Shown here: positions 12,144-25,857 of the stretch, in pieces
Numbering within the stretch: position 1 is the first letter of the stretch
Layout of the letters: each line of letters starts with the position of its first letter
Source of the DNA: Octopus bimaculoides
Taxonomy: Eukaryota
Reading direction: 5' to 3'
Length of the DNA: 64,000 bases
NCBI RefSeq assembly: GCF_001194135.2
Contig: NC_068983.1
Coordinates: 105,470,854 to 105,534,853, forward strand
The notes under the pieces: model-generated
What the model saw: the letters and a program-made list of their open reading frames with translations, nothing else
What the model was told of the DNA's origin: nothing
Database searches by the model: none
Made by a program: the position numbers and the translations under genes

Positions 12144-15100
12144 GTAAACTTAAGCTGCTAGCTTTTGATATTGCATTTCATATTTCTTTTTGTTCTTACC
12201 AGCTGAATGTTATTTCATAGTAGTCAGTCTTTGTATATTTACGCCTTTAATATAGCATTCCATCTTTATATTCGAACATTTCTTTTATTGTCTTCGAACA
12301 CGTGGCGTAACTTTAATGCGTTTTTTTTTCTTCCTCGACTAAGGAATTATCTCTGTAATATTTACATTTTTTACTGTAAATAAATGTATTGTCAATTCCA
12401 TATTGCTTATTTAATACTTGTTTCTGATAGTGCTCAATTCAGTTTTTTTTTTCCTCCTGTTTTCAAAATATCTTTTGTTCTAAACGGAGACGTCTTTTTT
12501 AAGAATGGTTCAACACAACTTCGAGAGCCACGAATTGCCTTGATGTAAATTGTGTAGTATTCAACTCGGCTCTGTAAATTTGGACTGAGTATTGATAAAA
12601 TAGAAATATACTTCTAAGAAAACTCTTGCAAATATAATTACCGGTGTTGTTGACAGCAGTTGTCTTGTGGATATTGTCATTGAAAATGTAAGAACATTAA
12701 AAACAGAAAATATCAGAATTTATTCTCATTAATTGTTAACAAATAGGTGATTCGAGAAAAACCTTAACATGTTAGGGTGGGGGTTCCTCTTAAGTCAAAC
12801 AACTAAAAAATAATATCCCCGATGTAATTATTGACCTTAAAGACGCAATTACTAATATACACGCCCTCTTGTTAATGTAGTTATGCCCTTTTGGCATAAC
12901 TAATAAACGTTTACTTTTGACAGTTTTTGAAAGAAATGTGTTTGCTCGTTTCTTTTGCTATATCTACCAGCCACTGCTCAGTATGAAATTTGACCTTATA
13001 TCTCAAGCCATAGCGAAAGTCGATTCTTTAGTGTTAATAAAGAACCCAGTATGCGAACAATGAAGAATTATGTTATCTTAAGCCGGTATCATTTTAGTTG
13101 GTTCATTAAAATTTTTAAATTAGGAAAAATACATAATACGAGCTCTGCTGCAAGACCAAATAGAAACACGAGTCATGTAATAACTTTCGAAAGTTATCTT
13201 ATATATTTTATATTTATATTGTTATATTTATCTAAATTTTCTAAAATAAAATAATTTTATAGGTGTTATATTTCAGATTTTGGCCAATCTAAGGATTAAT
13301 TTCTGTAATGCATGTCTACGTGCAAAAAAACGGAAGTGGTAAATTACTTAGTGAATAATAATGTATTATATAAAAAGAACACTGAGAAACATGATACAGA
13401 TTTTGACCTTATGACCAAAAGTTAAAATTTTGCTGAAAGTAAACTGAAGCTATATTCCAGACTTCAAGAAGATATTTTTTTCTGTTGCTTTTAAATTAAT
13501 TCTCTATAAAATATATTTAATCCTTTTGAAATATACTATGTTTTGATTTATTTCTCAAACAATCTAAAAGTATTTGAAAGGGTCTTGGTAAAATGATTTT
13601 TTCATCATTGAGCTAGTGTTTCAAACATGATTCAAAAATTTCTAACACAGGATTATTATGGAATACTTGAACTTCTTAGTACATGAAAGATCTAGTATAA
13701 CACCTGAGTTTTTGTGGGGTTTAGCCCTTTCATTGCATATTTCTTATGAAATATATTGTCTGTTTTAAAATTAATTTTGAAAGCAATCAAGAATTTGGAG
13801 GGACTTAGTAAAATAGACACCTTACTCAGTTGTTTGGGATATGCAATATTCTGAGGTAAAATTATGATTGGCAGCTTTAATTTCAATACGATCTATTGTA
13901 TCGTACAACTTTAGTCTCAGGAATGTTGATATCAAAAAGGTTGAATACACTTTAGTTTAGAGGAAATGAAACAGTACCTATAATTATTGCAAGCCATGCC
14001 AGGCTGGTGAGACCAGTGCAGTTGATGTTCTCTAGGTTGAACCTTGTAGAGAAGCTGTGGACAAGGAGGGAGATCAAAGCATTTCTGGAGTTAAAGGTTT
14101 GGATATGTTTAATGCAGACTTTGGTAAGTGAATCAAAGATAAGATGAATCAGATGGTACAGTTTGCTTGTTCATATGAACAGGATCCATTGTTCAGCTCG
14201 ATGTCAACATTGATTGAGCAGACATGATCAAAACTGTCCCATCTGTGTTCAATCTTTTCAATAATTTGAGGCAGATTTGCCAACTATATATATAGCAGGT
14301 CCAAGATGAGATTCAGATAGAGAGTATAAAACTTCAATGTGTAAGTGTAACACCAGGAGATATTTACATTGTAGAACTTATCCAGAAGACTGGAGTTGGG
14401 CATTTCCTAAAAGACAAAAATTGTGCTTAATACTCACAAGTCCAACGTGACAGTTTCTTATTGGTACCTCATATTTATAGGAAACTTGACTTTAAAATTA
14501 TCTCCAAAACAGACGATGCAATACTAACCAGAAAAACTTCTCTGATGTACTAACCCTATTATCATGAATCATATTGACTTTTTTCTAATTTCTTATTTAC
14601 TAAATTATTTGTACATTCCTGGTTTATTTCACTAGGGCCTGGTTGGATTGGTGACTGGTGGGGCATCCGGTTTAGGTCTTGCAGCTGTACAAAGACTGGT
14701 ACAACAAGGATCTCGAGTTGTCCTGTGTGATTTGCCAAACTCCAAAGGAGCTGAAGTTGCAAGCAAGCTTGGAGGAAACTGTATCTTTGCACCAACCGAT
14801 GTAAGTTACAAAATTAGCAATATATACTGATGTAATAATTATTTTACTTTTTTTTTTCAGATTTGTTTTGTTAGGATCTTTATCATTTGTAACAGGCTTA
14901 TGAATTGTTGGTGCAATATTTTTTTTATTGTTTGTTTAGCTTTTAGTCACACCACAAAAATTCGAAATAATGGATTAATGAGCTCCTAAATACATGACAA
15001 AATGTCTTGAGTGCAGCCTCTCCCACCACTCTGTTCTGACTAAACTGTTAAAAAAAATATAGGCATACTCATGGAATGGATAACTGCTACTTGGTTGTTG

Positions 15101-18100
15101 GAGGATTAGTTGTAGGAAGAACATCCTGCTCTTAAAATAATTATTTCAATATGCATATGATCAAATTTGTAAAAACCATCCCAATCATTCTATCACCAGC
15201 ATTCTTCATTTTACATGTGTATTTTCGTGCTTGCAAGAGATGGACTTACGCTGTACATAACTTGACAGCTTGTTCTGTCTATCATTTTCTTCATGTTGTT
15301 CAGGGTTCTGAAATAAGATTTAGCCACTTCTGCCCATGTCCATCTTGGTCTTCTATATTATCACTGAAAAATGAAAAAGTAAATAAAAATTTATGAGTAT
15401 CAATGTATTTCCTAAACTTCTTGTATATTAGTTTTTAAGGTTGACAATTATACTCATTTTCTTCCTTGTGTGCTCATGTTAAAATGCTTTGAAGGTTATC
15501 AACTTCTATTAACAGCCAACTTTTGATTCTTTTGCGTTTGGCCATAAATATTATATGGCCTACAATTATATCATATCATATATCATATACATATTAAGAC
15601 ATCCCCATGTACTTTCCCATTCCCATTACTTTTGGTGCTCATGTATGAACAAATTAAACAATTCATGACACAAAAGACCATCTTAAAGGTATCAACTGCT
15701 CAATAACCACAAATACATTACATCTGAAAACCTTTTAGAAAATGTCCAGGACTCACCAAGAAAACCTCAGTGGCTCACCTGTTGCTAATTCCTATTGTAG
15801 ATTTCGAAATTCAATATTAACAATAAACCACTATTGACAATTCATTAACTACTTTTCTGTTCCTTATTTATCCTTTCTGTGCTTTCTCATTATAAGGTGA
15901 CATCTGAAGCTGATGTTGATAATGCACTAGCAATTGCCAAAAACAACTTTGGTCGGCTTGATGCAGTGGTGAATTGTGCTGGAATTGGTGTAGCTTTCAA
16001 AGTCTACAATTTTAAAAAGGAATTGCCACATAGTTATGAAGATTTCAAAAAAGTTCTTTCAGTAAGTTGAATGTGTTTTTACTTTATTCATCGGAAAGGG
16101 TCATAAAAATATCTTGAATAATCATTAAAATTAAACTCTATGTATTTGTGCAGTTGTCAAGATAGAAGCTATAACATGTAAATATTTGTACTAAGAAGAT
16201 AAAAAAAAAACCCATTGAAACACTACTGGAAAAATGAGTGAATAATCTTGTTCATCAGGGATATTTTAATAGTATTAGATGCTCCTATAGTCTGATCAGT
16301 GTTGGTAGAGAATATATTTTATTTGAATTCTTCTGGAAATTGCTTTTTCTGCTCAGCTGTCTTAACTATTATTTGGTCAATAATGAAATTGTGTGAAAAA
16401 ATATGTGAAGGTATAAATAATCTTTCAATATTTTCTTACAAGGATTTTCCCCCGATCCCTTATCTGGTGGTCAGGGCGGAAACTGGGGATAGACAAGTGG
16501 CTGGTAAGAGCTGTACAAGCTCTGTACAGGGATGCTGTCAGTAAGGTGAGGGTTGGTAACGAGTATAGTGAAGAATTCTGAGAAGGGGTTCACCAAGGAT
16601 CAGTCCTCAGCTCTCATTCATTATAGTCCTCCAGGTAATAACACAGGAATTCAAGACAGGCTGCCCCTGGGAGCTCCTCTATGCTGATGACTTTGCTCTA
16701 ATAGCCAAGTCACTGCCAGAACTGGAGACGACGTTTAGAGTGTGGAAGCAAGGTCTAGAATCGAACCTAGCAAAAACCGAAGTCTTAGTAAGTAGGAAGG
16801 CTGTCAAGTCACAACCCCCTTCAGGTAGATGGCCCTGCTTGATCTGTAGAAAAGGCATTGGTAGAAACTCCATATGATGTACCCGATGTAAGCTATGGAC
16901 ACATAAAAGGTGCAGCAATATCAAAGGAAGGTTAACTGGGAAAATAGTTTTTGTGTATGGCAGATGCACTGGGGCAATAAACACTGAAGATGTATAGAAA
17001 ACAGATTCCATCACATGCCGGGGAAGAAACTAGAAGTAGTTAATAGCTTCTGCTACTTAGGTGACCAAGTCTATAGTGGGGGGTGGTTGCTCTGAAGTGT
17101 AGTGGCTAGATTAAGAATAGCCTCTGCTGGCAACTAAGGGCCTCTCACTCAGGGTGAAAGGTAGACTGTATGACGCATGTGTGCGAACTGCCATGCTAGA
17201 CGGCAGTGAAACATAGGCCATGAATGCTGAGGAAATGCGTAGGCTTGAAAGAAATGAAGCTAGTATGATCAACTGGATGTATAATGTCAGTATGCATACA
17301 CAACAGAGTGTAAGTACCCTGAGAGAAAAGGTGGACATAAGAAGCATCAAATATGGTGTTGCAAGAGAGGCGACTGCTGGTATGGTCATATGTTCTGTAT
17401 GAATGAAGACAGCTGTGAGAGGAAGTGCCACTTCCTAACTGTAGAAGGAACCTGTGAAAGAGGTTGACCCAGAAAGACATGGGATGAGGTGGTGACGCAC
17501 GACTTTCGAACATTGGGCCTCACAGAGGCAATGACGGGAGACTGGGACCTTTGAAGATACTGTGATTGAGAAGACCCGACAACTAAAGTGAGATCGCAGC
17601 CACGCATGTCCAGCCCTGTTAAGAATACCCTCAATGCATCAAGCGATATGGAATGCTTAAGAAGACCTGTTGAGTCAAGTAAAACCAATATTGTAGCTGA
17701 AGCCAGTGCCCCTGACCAGCTCCCGTGCCGGTGGCATGTAAAAAGAACCATCCAATGTGGTCAATGCCAGGTCCACCTGACTGGCTCCCATACCTGTGGC
17801 ACATAAAGAGCACCTACTGATCATGACCGATGCCAGTACCCACTGACTGGCTTCTGTGCTGGTGGCATGTAAAAAGCACCATCCGAATGTGATCATTGCC
17901 AGGCCCACCTGATTGGTTCCTGAGCCGGTAGCACATAAAAAGCACCCACTACACTCTCAAAGTGGTTGGCATTAGGAAGGGCATCTAGCTGTAGAAACAT
18001 TGCCAGATTGGAGTCTGGTGCAGCTGCTGGCTCTCCAGACCTCAGTCAAACCGTCCAACCCATGCCAGCATGGAAAACGGACGTTAAACGATGATGATGA

Positions 18101-21100
18101 GGTATTACTAGAATAGCTATAGTGTTATTTACAGTTTTAATATTTGAAATCTGATTCCCACATTAATAAGGTCTTAAATAGCAGTTATCTAAACATAAAT
18201 GTAGTTTTGAGACTAGTTTTATCCAATAGCAAAAATTCATTGCAAATAATAATAAATCAGTATCTCCTGTAAGAGAAGTTTTGTTGCATAAATTAGATTT
18301 TTTTTTAACTTGGTTCATAGAATAAAAATTTGGATGTGTTATTTTTGCTAACTTAGGTTGCATCTACTTTGTATTAAAGGTGAACACTTGTGGATCTTTT
18401 AATGTAATCAGGCTTGCTGTTGGTTTGATGGGCAAAAATGAGCCAAATGCTGATGGGCATAGAGGTGTTGTTGTTAATACAGCTAGTGTTGCAGCCTATG
18501 ATGGACAAATGGGTCAAGTTGCTTATTCAGCTAGTAAAGGAGCAATTGTTGGTATGACTTTGCCCCTTGCTAGAGACCTTGCATCTCAAGGAATTCGTTG
18601 TATGACTATTGCTCCAGGTAAGTCATCTATTATTATCTCCCTTTAATATTCAGGCTCTACATACATACATACATACGTACGTACGAAAAATTGATAAAAG
18701 TTTCTATCATTTCCTTCTTTATGTGTTTCACTGTTGTGATTGTTTGGAACAACAGCATTCCATGTTCCAAGTGTTCCCCTGATGATCTGTTGTTTTTAAG
18801 CATCCAGTTGCACTTGGAATATCCAGTGCTGTCATTTCAATCTACCGCAACAGTGAAATACATGTAGGAAACAAATGATATAAATTTGTCTTCATCATAA
18901 TTTCTCCTACATTTGCTCTCCGTTTTATAATCAGTAGAAACCTAGGCTCTGTACTGAAAGCAGACTGGATGATAAAAACCTACATGGAGCTCTAAAATCA
19001 ACAGTAGTAGTTGTATTTCTAACTGTATGCACAAGATATACTACATACATATAACATTGGTTTGATGAATACATATTATTGAGGCACTGTTTTACAGCCA
19101 GATGTCTTTCATGTCATTAACCCTTATCTGATTTTCAAATAAGGGGCGTTTTATTCCATACACCTTCAAAAGTGCATAGCTAGAGAATGATTTTGTTTGC
19201 AAGGAAAGTCATCAAATATTATCATCTTTAACTCAGTGCTTTTCATGCAATATGAGGAATGTTAGCACACACATATGACAGGCTTCCATACAGTTTCCTT
19301 CTAGCAATTTCACCCACAATGTTCAACCCAATGCTACTGGAAAATACACTCTCCCAAAGTGCCATACTAGGAGATTGATCCCAAAACTACATGGCAACAA
19401 GGCAAGCTTTGCACCCACAAAGCCATGAGACTGCTTTTCTATCTCTTTGTCATATATTTATACACATACACAAACACTCTTTGTTCAATTTTAAAGACTT
19501 TAATAGAGTTTCAAACTAAATGCTTTGTGAAATTTTAGATATGTTCTCAGTTCAAAAACCGTTATCAAAAAATGAAAGTTTGCCTTTCATCTTTTCAAGA
19601 TTGAGAAAAAGATAAGAACCTGTCAAATGATAGTTGATGTAACACTTCTTCTCCACCATACTTAGGGTTGCTTATATCAGAAATCAATACTATTAATCCC
19701 TAAAAATCCTTGCATCCTCCCATAAAAATAAATTATATAAAATAAGACTTGGAGAAGATCATATACACATAATTTTTCACATCTGGCCGCATAGCCTTTT
19801 CCGTTTGTTTTCCTGTCTTGTTTTCTTTTCCGTTTGTTTTCCTGTCTTGTTTTTTGTCCGCCACTACATTCCTCCATGGCACAAGTTTAATTTGTGTATA
19901 CAAATTTAATTTGCGGTCCATGGGAAGAGCCATTTTAACAATGCGTCCTGCCCTACTCTTCGAAACGCCAGTGTTAAAATGGGGGTAGCCGATGAAGGAA
20001 AATGTTCTCTATGTGGCCTGTGTGTTTTCTGTACTCTGGTTATTATTATTTTCTTGTCTACGTTTTGTTTGCAATGTCCTGTACCCAGANNNNNNNNNNN
20101 NNNNNNNNNNNNNNNNNNNNNNNNNNNNNNNNNNNNNNNNNNNNNNNNNNNNNNNNNNNNNNNNNNNNNNNNNNNNNNNNNNNNNNNNNNNNNNNNNNNN
20201 NNNNNNNNNNNNNNNNNNNNNNNNNNNNNNNNNNNNNNNNNNNNNNNNNNNNNNNNNNNNNNNNNNNNNNNNNNNNNNNNNNNNNNNNNNNNNNNNNNNN
20301 NNNNNNNNNNNNNNNNNNNNNNNNNNNNNNNNNNNNNNNNNNNNNNNNNNNNNNNNNNNNNNNNNNNNNNNNNNNNNNNNNNNNNNNNNNNNNNNNNNNN
20401 NNNNNNNNNNNNNATATATAGCTGAATTAGTTTGAGTTTAAAGCAGTGGTTCTCAACCAGGGTCCATATAAGATATTTTGTTTAAATTTATGAGCAATAA
20501 GTTGCTTATAAAATAATACACCAAATATTTTAACAATTTGTTAAATACAATTCCTAATGTTTAATAATTATAATACAATAGGACTTTTTAAACATTGAAT
20601 GAGGGTCCACCAGAGTTAAATAATCAAAGGAGGTCCCTTGATAAAAAAAAAAAAAAATGATTGAGAATCACTGGTTTAATGTTAGCAAGTTGCTGAAATC
20701 TGCTTAGAAAATGTCATCTCATTTCAAGACCAAGTGATTTAAAAGTCAGAATTGGCACTAAGAGATTTGATTTAAAACATATTCCATCCATTTTTCTTTT
20801 GTTGAAAGCTTGAAAAGAGAAAGTGCCCATCATCATTGTAAGTCTTCTCAGACTAGAATGTATGGATAACTATATCTAGTATTGTCACAGTTTCGTTTTT
20901 AAGGGAGTGGTGTTGACTTGCAGGAGAATTCCAGGCTGCATTTTTTAAAAAGATATTTTAAATGTCAGCAATGAGTTTGTAAAACAAGATGCCCTCTTGT
21001 AACAAGAGGAATAGTATTAGATGAATTAAATGATATGTTATGCATTCTATAAGCTTTGTGACTGGGAAAGACAGGTGTTACATTGATAGTGTGAAAACAA

Positions 21101-21362
21101 GAACCAGCTTTTTTTTTTTTTTTTTTTNNNNNNNNNNATGTAAATAATTGCTTTTTTTTGCTTTTTTATAGGTCTTTATGATACTCCATTGTTGGCAGGA
21201 CTGCCTGAGAAAGTGAGGAAATACTTAGCATCTACTGTCCCATTTCCCAGCAGACTTGGTGATCCTGCAGAATATGCTCACCTCGTACAGTCTGTTATTG
21301 AAAATCCAATGTTGAATGGAGAGGTGATACGTATTGATGGAGCACTACGAATGGCACCTTGA
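12123..21362 (+). CDS. HSD17B10: 3-hydroxyacyl-CoA dehydrogenase type 2 / 17-beta-HSD10 (SDR; MRPP2; scully orthologue), 5 coding exons, 259 aa
   Basis: join(12123..12143,14636..14800,15897..16061,18380..18617,21172..21362) = 780 nt, all introns GT-AG. Contains TGGASGLG (Rossmann fold), NCAG, NTAS, catalytic YSASK and C-terminal [15 protein letters not shown]. Confidence 0.97.
13985..14400 (-). mobile_element. Decayed CR1-like LINE RT C-terminal fragment in HSD17B10 intron 1
   Basis: Weak minus-strand resemblance to the LY..L..SHL..A...W and SYE.RL regions. Confidence 0.3.
14636..14800 (+). CDS. HSD17B10: HSD17B10 exon 2
   Basis: TAG|GGC...GAT|GTAAGT; [14 protein letters not shown]...FAPTD; 165 nt. 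Confidence 0.97.
15897..16061 (+). CDS. HSD17B10: HSD17B10 exon 3
   Basis: AAG|GTG...TCA|GTAAGT; VTSEADV...VNCAGIG...KKVLS; 165 nt. Confidence 0.97.
16448..18100 (+). mobile_element. 5'-truncated RTE-clade LINE in HSD17B10 intron 3
   Basis: RT motifs [28 protein letters not shown] (YADD at 16680-16691), CYLG and [17 protein letters not shown]; repetitive 3' UTR; (GAT)n tail at about 18089-18100. Confidence 0.92.
18380..18617 (+). CDS. HSD17B10: HSD17B10 exon 4
   Basis: AAG|GTG...CCAG|GTAAGT; [12 protein letters not shown]...[22 protein letters not shown]...IAP; 238 nt. Confidence 0.97.
20444..20673. mobile_element. hAT (Charlie-like) MITE, 230 bp, in HSD17B10 intron 4
   Basis: TIRs CAGTGGTTCTCAACCA / TGATTGAGAATCACTG (14/16); 8-bp TSD GTTTAAAG / GTTTAATG. 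Confidence 0.85.
21172..21362 (+). CDS. HSD17B10: HSD17B10 exon 5 (terminal)
   Basis: TAG|GT CTT TAT GAT ACT CCA...ATG GCA CCT TGA; [12 protein letters not shown]...[16 protein letters not shown]; 191 nt. Confidence 0.97.
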
Positions 21363-21919
21363 ACTCTTTAGTTATGACCAAGATCCCACTTCACAAATAT
21401 AGTTATTTCACTACTGGAAATACATGTTGTTGAGAATGTTTTCCTTGATATTCCTTTAGCTATAATTACAAGTTAGAGCGAGTTTAAATTGGTTTGAAAT
21501 ACAAAAGATTTAAAACTAAAATACATGTAATCACAGGGGATAGTTTTTTTTACTAGTCATTGAAACTTTAGTTAGCAACATCTACCTAAACAGTCATGCA
21601 AGCATTCACACACACACACACACACACACTGGAATTAACTATATAAAATATCCATTTAAGATATATTTTCTATTTTCTTTTTGTGATGTTAGAATATAAC
21701 AATTCCATGCCCTCTTAGCTTTTACAAATTTGTTAAAATGAAAAAAGTCTTTTTTCTTGCTTTTTAAGTTTAATTACATTTCTTAGTGAACTTCTTAATT
21801 AGTATTAATTTGAAGGTTAGCACTACCAAATAACCTCATCTTTAGAGAGTGTATTATCATTATTTATATTTGTCACATCTTATTCTTCCATTAAAGTTCC
21901 TAGTTCAAATCCTGTCTGG

Positions 21920-21958
<39 letters not shown>

Positions 21959-22854
21959 ATTTGTAGGGCTGTATGTACACACCAGAATAAGACATCTGAT
22001 AATATAATCAGATAAAACAAAGTGTCAATATATTTTACATATACAGCTAAGCTTAATACTTTGAAAAATTGTAATCTTATTAACAACAATGCACCTCAGA
22101 TATTTAAGCATTTATTCAAGATATGTGAGAAATTGAGTATGGGCACTGATATTCATACTCAGTTAAAACCATTTCACTGTATTTGTGGCTTCATGTCTGA
22201 TGGTAAGAAATCAATAAGTATTTGTTTTGGAGAATGACAATGAATTAAATCCTTTCCAAAGAAATGCATTGCCATGATAACAGCAATGTGCTAAACCAAA
22301 TAAGCAATTTGATTGATGAAAATGTTTATTTTAGGTTAAAAGAATCTAATTATGAATTCTTTCTAAAAAGAAAAAAACCGGTGTTATTGTTCTAGTTATA
22401 ATATCGGACAGTTTATCCAACTTGAAAATTTAACTTTTTTTCCCTGAAAATAAATAGAAAAAAAGGATCACTTTGCATTTCATCTTTCTGCAGTTGGTAA
22501 ATTACCTACCTTTCAAATACTGACAGTTGATTTAATCAGTTACATGCATTTCCAAAATCTTTGTGACTGTGCACCAAGTTTAGTGTTCTGTAAATTAATA
22601 AGTATACGTTAATCTTTTGAATGCTTTAAAAACTCTTGGACAAGGTTGAAGCAAACACTCATATTAGAAAATTACATTTACATGGATTGTTGTTATTCCA
22701 ATATCTTCTGATTTCATTTTGTTTTCTTATTTTTCCTTATATAATGTGCTTATAAATATAATGCAAAGTATTTTATACTGATATATAGATATATATATTC
22801 ATTTGTATTCTAAACTTTTTTATATATTTTTTGCATGGCACATCTACAAGACTA

Positions 22855-23044
22855 CCGTATTTGATGGCATATATGATGCACTATTTTCCAAAAACTGTCT
22901 CAAAAAATTTAGCTCAGGCCCTATATGTGAAATTGAACCTATATTACATGTTTTAATGCACCAAAAACGTTTCTCCTGAATATGTGCTGCTGAAATTGGA
23001 GCACACTTAATATGCCTGTGTGTCTTGTATGCCATCAAAAAAGG
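22855..23044. mobile_element. pogo/Tigger-like (TA-CCGTATTT) MITE
   Basis: Left end TA|CCGTATTTGATGGCATATATGATGCAC; right end GTCTTGTATGCCATCAAAAAAGG is its imperfect inverse. Confidence 0.6.
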
Positions 23045-23689
23045 TTATCAGATGGTCATTCCATCTCGATTTTGATCTGGAAGTTAATAATCAAAATATT
23101 GAGACATAGTAAGTAAACCTCATTTTGCATTTCTCTAATCCAAAATCAAGGAGTACACTTCTGAGAATGAACTAAAGGAAAGAAAAAAGTGACAAAAAAA
23201 CCAAAGCAACCTTTTAATTCAGTTAAATTTAAACTTCTAAGAGGACAAGAACATTCATCTCTTGACTGATTTCTTGATTTCAGTCAGTATCTATGTGTTG
23301 CTAACCATCATACAATAAAAGGAAAGTTTATTTTTTGTTTAAATTCATCATTGTTAAGTCAGTATTTTTGTTTTAAGAAAGTGTTTCTTTTATATACAGT
23401 GATACACACATGTATAGATATGTGTGTGTGTATGTATGTATATATATATTTTTATGTTTACACGCACTTGAATGCAAACAAGCACCCAACAAACATTTTC
23501 GTTTAATGCTTTTCATACAAAGAAAGGAATGTAAGCATTCATGCATGCACCTGATGGGTTTCCATGTATCATTTTCACTCAAAAGGCATTAGTCAGTCCA
23601 AAGCTACAGTAGGAGACACTTCCCACAAGATATAATGAAATAGAAACCAAGACCACATGGTAACAAAATGAACTCAGTATATCCTTTAT

Positions 23690-24600
23690 CTGTTTTAGTC
23701 ATACTCGGGCACTGCTTTGAAGAAATTTTAATAGAATGAATCAACCCAGTACTTATTTTCCTTTTAAGCCTGATACTTTATCAGTCTCTTTTTGCCAAGT
23801 TGTTAAGTTAGAGGAACATAAACCAACACTGGTTGTCAAGTGATGGTGGGGGACAAACATACACACACATATAGATATATATATATATGACAGGCTTCTT
23901 TTACTCACAAGGTTTTGGTTGGCCCAAGAAGATGCTTACTCAAGGTGCCATATAGTGGGACTATGTGTTTGTGATATACTTATATTCTTGTTTCAGTCCA
24001 TGCTGGAGCACTACCTTACAGTTTTTTAGTTGAAGAAATTGCCCCCAGGACTTATTCTTTGTAAGTCTCATACTTAGTCTATCGGTTTATTTTGCCAAAC
24101 CGCTATAGGGACGTAAACACACCAACATCGATTGTCAAGTGATGGGGGGGGGCAAACATACAAATATAAATATATATTTATTTATTTATTGCCCACAGGG
24201 GGACTAAACGTAGAGGGGACAAACAAGGACAGACAAAGGGATTAAGTCAATTACATCAACTCCAGTGTGCAACTGGTACTTATTTAACCAATCACAAAAG
24301 AATGAAACGCAAAGTCAACCTCAGCAGAATTTGAACTTAGAACGTAACAGCTGACGAAATACCGCTACCGCTAAGCATTTCGCCCAGTGTGCTATCGATT
24401 CTGCCAGCTCGCCACCTTGTGTGTGTGTGTGCATATATACACACACACACACACACTGGGCTTCTTTCGGTTTCTGTCTACCTAATCCACTCGCAAGGCT
24501 TTGGTCACTCCAAGGTTATAGTAGAAGACACTTGTCCAAAGTGCCACACAGTGGGACTGAACCTGGAACCATGTGATTGAGAAGCAAGCTTCTTACACAG
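23690..24600 (-). mobile_element. Stack of SINEs: two family B copies, one interrupted by a family A copy (24181-24418)
   Basis: Family B segments (AAACACCAAC..GTTGTCAAG; GGCTTCTTTC..GACACTTGTCCAAAGTGCCAC..AAGCAAGCTTCTTAC) flank a full family A copy. Confidence 0.75.
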
Positions 24601-25857
24601 TCACACCAGTCATGTAATAGCCATTTTCCCATGCCTACATAGGTTGGGTGTGTGCTTCTACAAGGCAGCATTTTTAGTCACTCTGCCTTGATAATGATGA
24701 CACTGTATTCAAGAGACCCTGTGTCTTGGTTAATGGCCTTATATACTTCCTTTATCATTATTACCCTATGTTCCTATACCACTGCAGCCATTGCCACCTG
24801 TTTCTTTAGATCTATCGCCCATCCCTTTTTCTGTTGTTATTACCACTGCCACACCGGCTAACATCAACACAGTCGTCTGTTCCCATCTTCTTTATCATTG
24901 CCCACTCTGCCATCAGCAGCAACAGTTTCTCCACCACTAAACATATCACTGAATTCACTTTCATGATTTTTCATACAGCACCATCATTGGTATTGCCAAT
25001 GACCACATTCCCCCACCTTCACCATCTTGACACTGTGCACCTCATGGACTTAGAACATTTTCCTCACCATCTGCTTGTCCCAGCACCTTCAACCACCCTC
25101 TTTCAATCCTATGTACGACTGTATATCTGTCTTACTCATATATATATACAAAGAAGAAATACAGATATTCTTGGTAAAAATACTAAGGTGTCTGCAGATC
25201 AAAAGTACTCAACATATTTAAGGGTAGCTCTTTCATAGTTTACATACCACTTGGAAAATATTTGAGTAAGGAATGTTATGATTCTAGAAGTAAAGCTGCT
25301 TCAAGAATCAGCAGAATTTTCAGTATGACAGAAATGGGCAGGGTGAAAGTATGTGTATTACAAAAACTTGCACAACTGAAAACCACCAATGAGCATATTT
25401 CAACCTCATCTCTCAGTTACAGCCAAACTTTGATGGATCTAGTAGCAGCTTTCTAGATGAGCCATCTTTCAAGTTGTAAATAAACTTTAAAATACACACA
25501 TGCATGTGCACAACATATACACTAACTGCACTGTGTATATTTCCAAAAGTTTACAACTTTATAAAAAGTATCAGAAGTCACATAGCTTATAACCTTATCT
25601 TTGAAGATACCTAGATGCAAGAGTGCCCTACATGAAACATAGATAAACCCATGCATAAATTTAATATATTTTTGGTAAATTTCCAGAAAAGATTAATGTA
25701 CAGTTTGTCCAAGAAGGTTGAGTCACTGAAAATTGTTGCATCTTAGCCATATAAAAGGTGGTTAATGTTGAACTTCATAGAAATGCACAAATAAAGAAGC
25801 AAGCAACTACATAACCTGAATATTTTAGTCTTAGTGATTTTTTAAATTTAATTTTAA

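Noticed and set aside
19797-19855. 29-bp tandem duplication producing the K/R-rich ORFs at 19677-19933
   Set aside because: Low-complexity slippage in an intron; not coding.
21400-23330. Candidate AATAAA poly(A) signals for HSD17B10 (and ATTAAA/AATAAA after TRIP13)
   Set aside because: The hexamers are too frequent in this AT-rich DNA to assign without 3'-end data.
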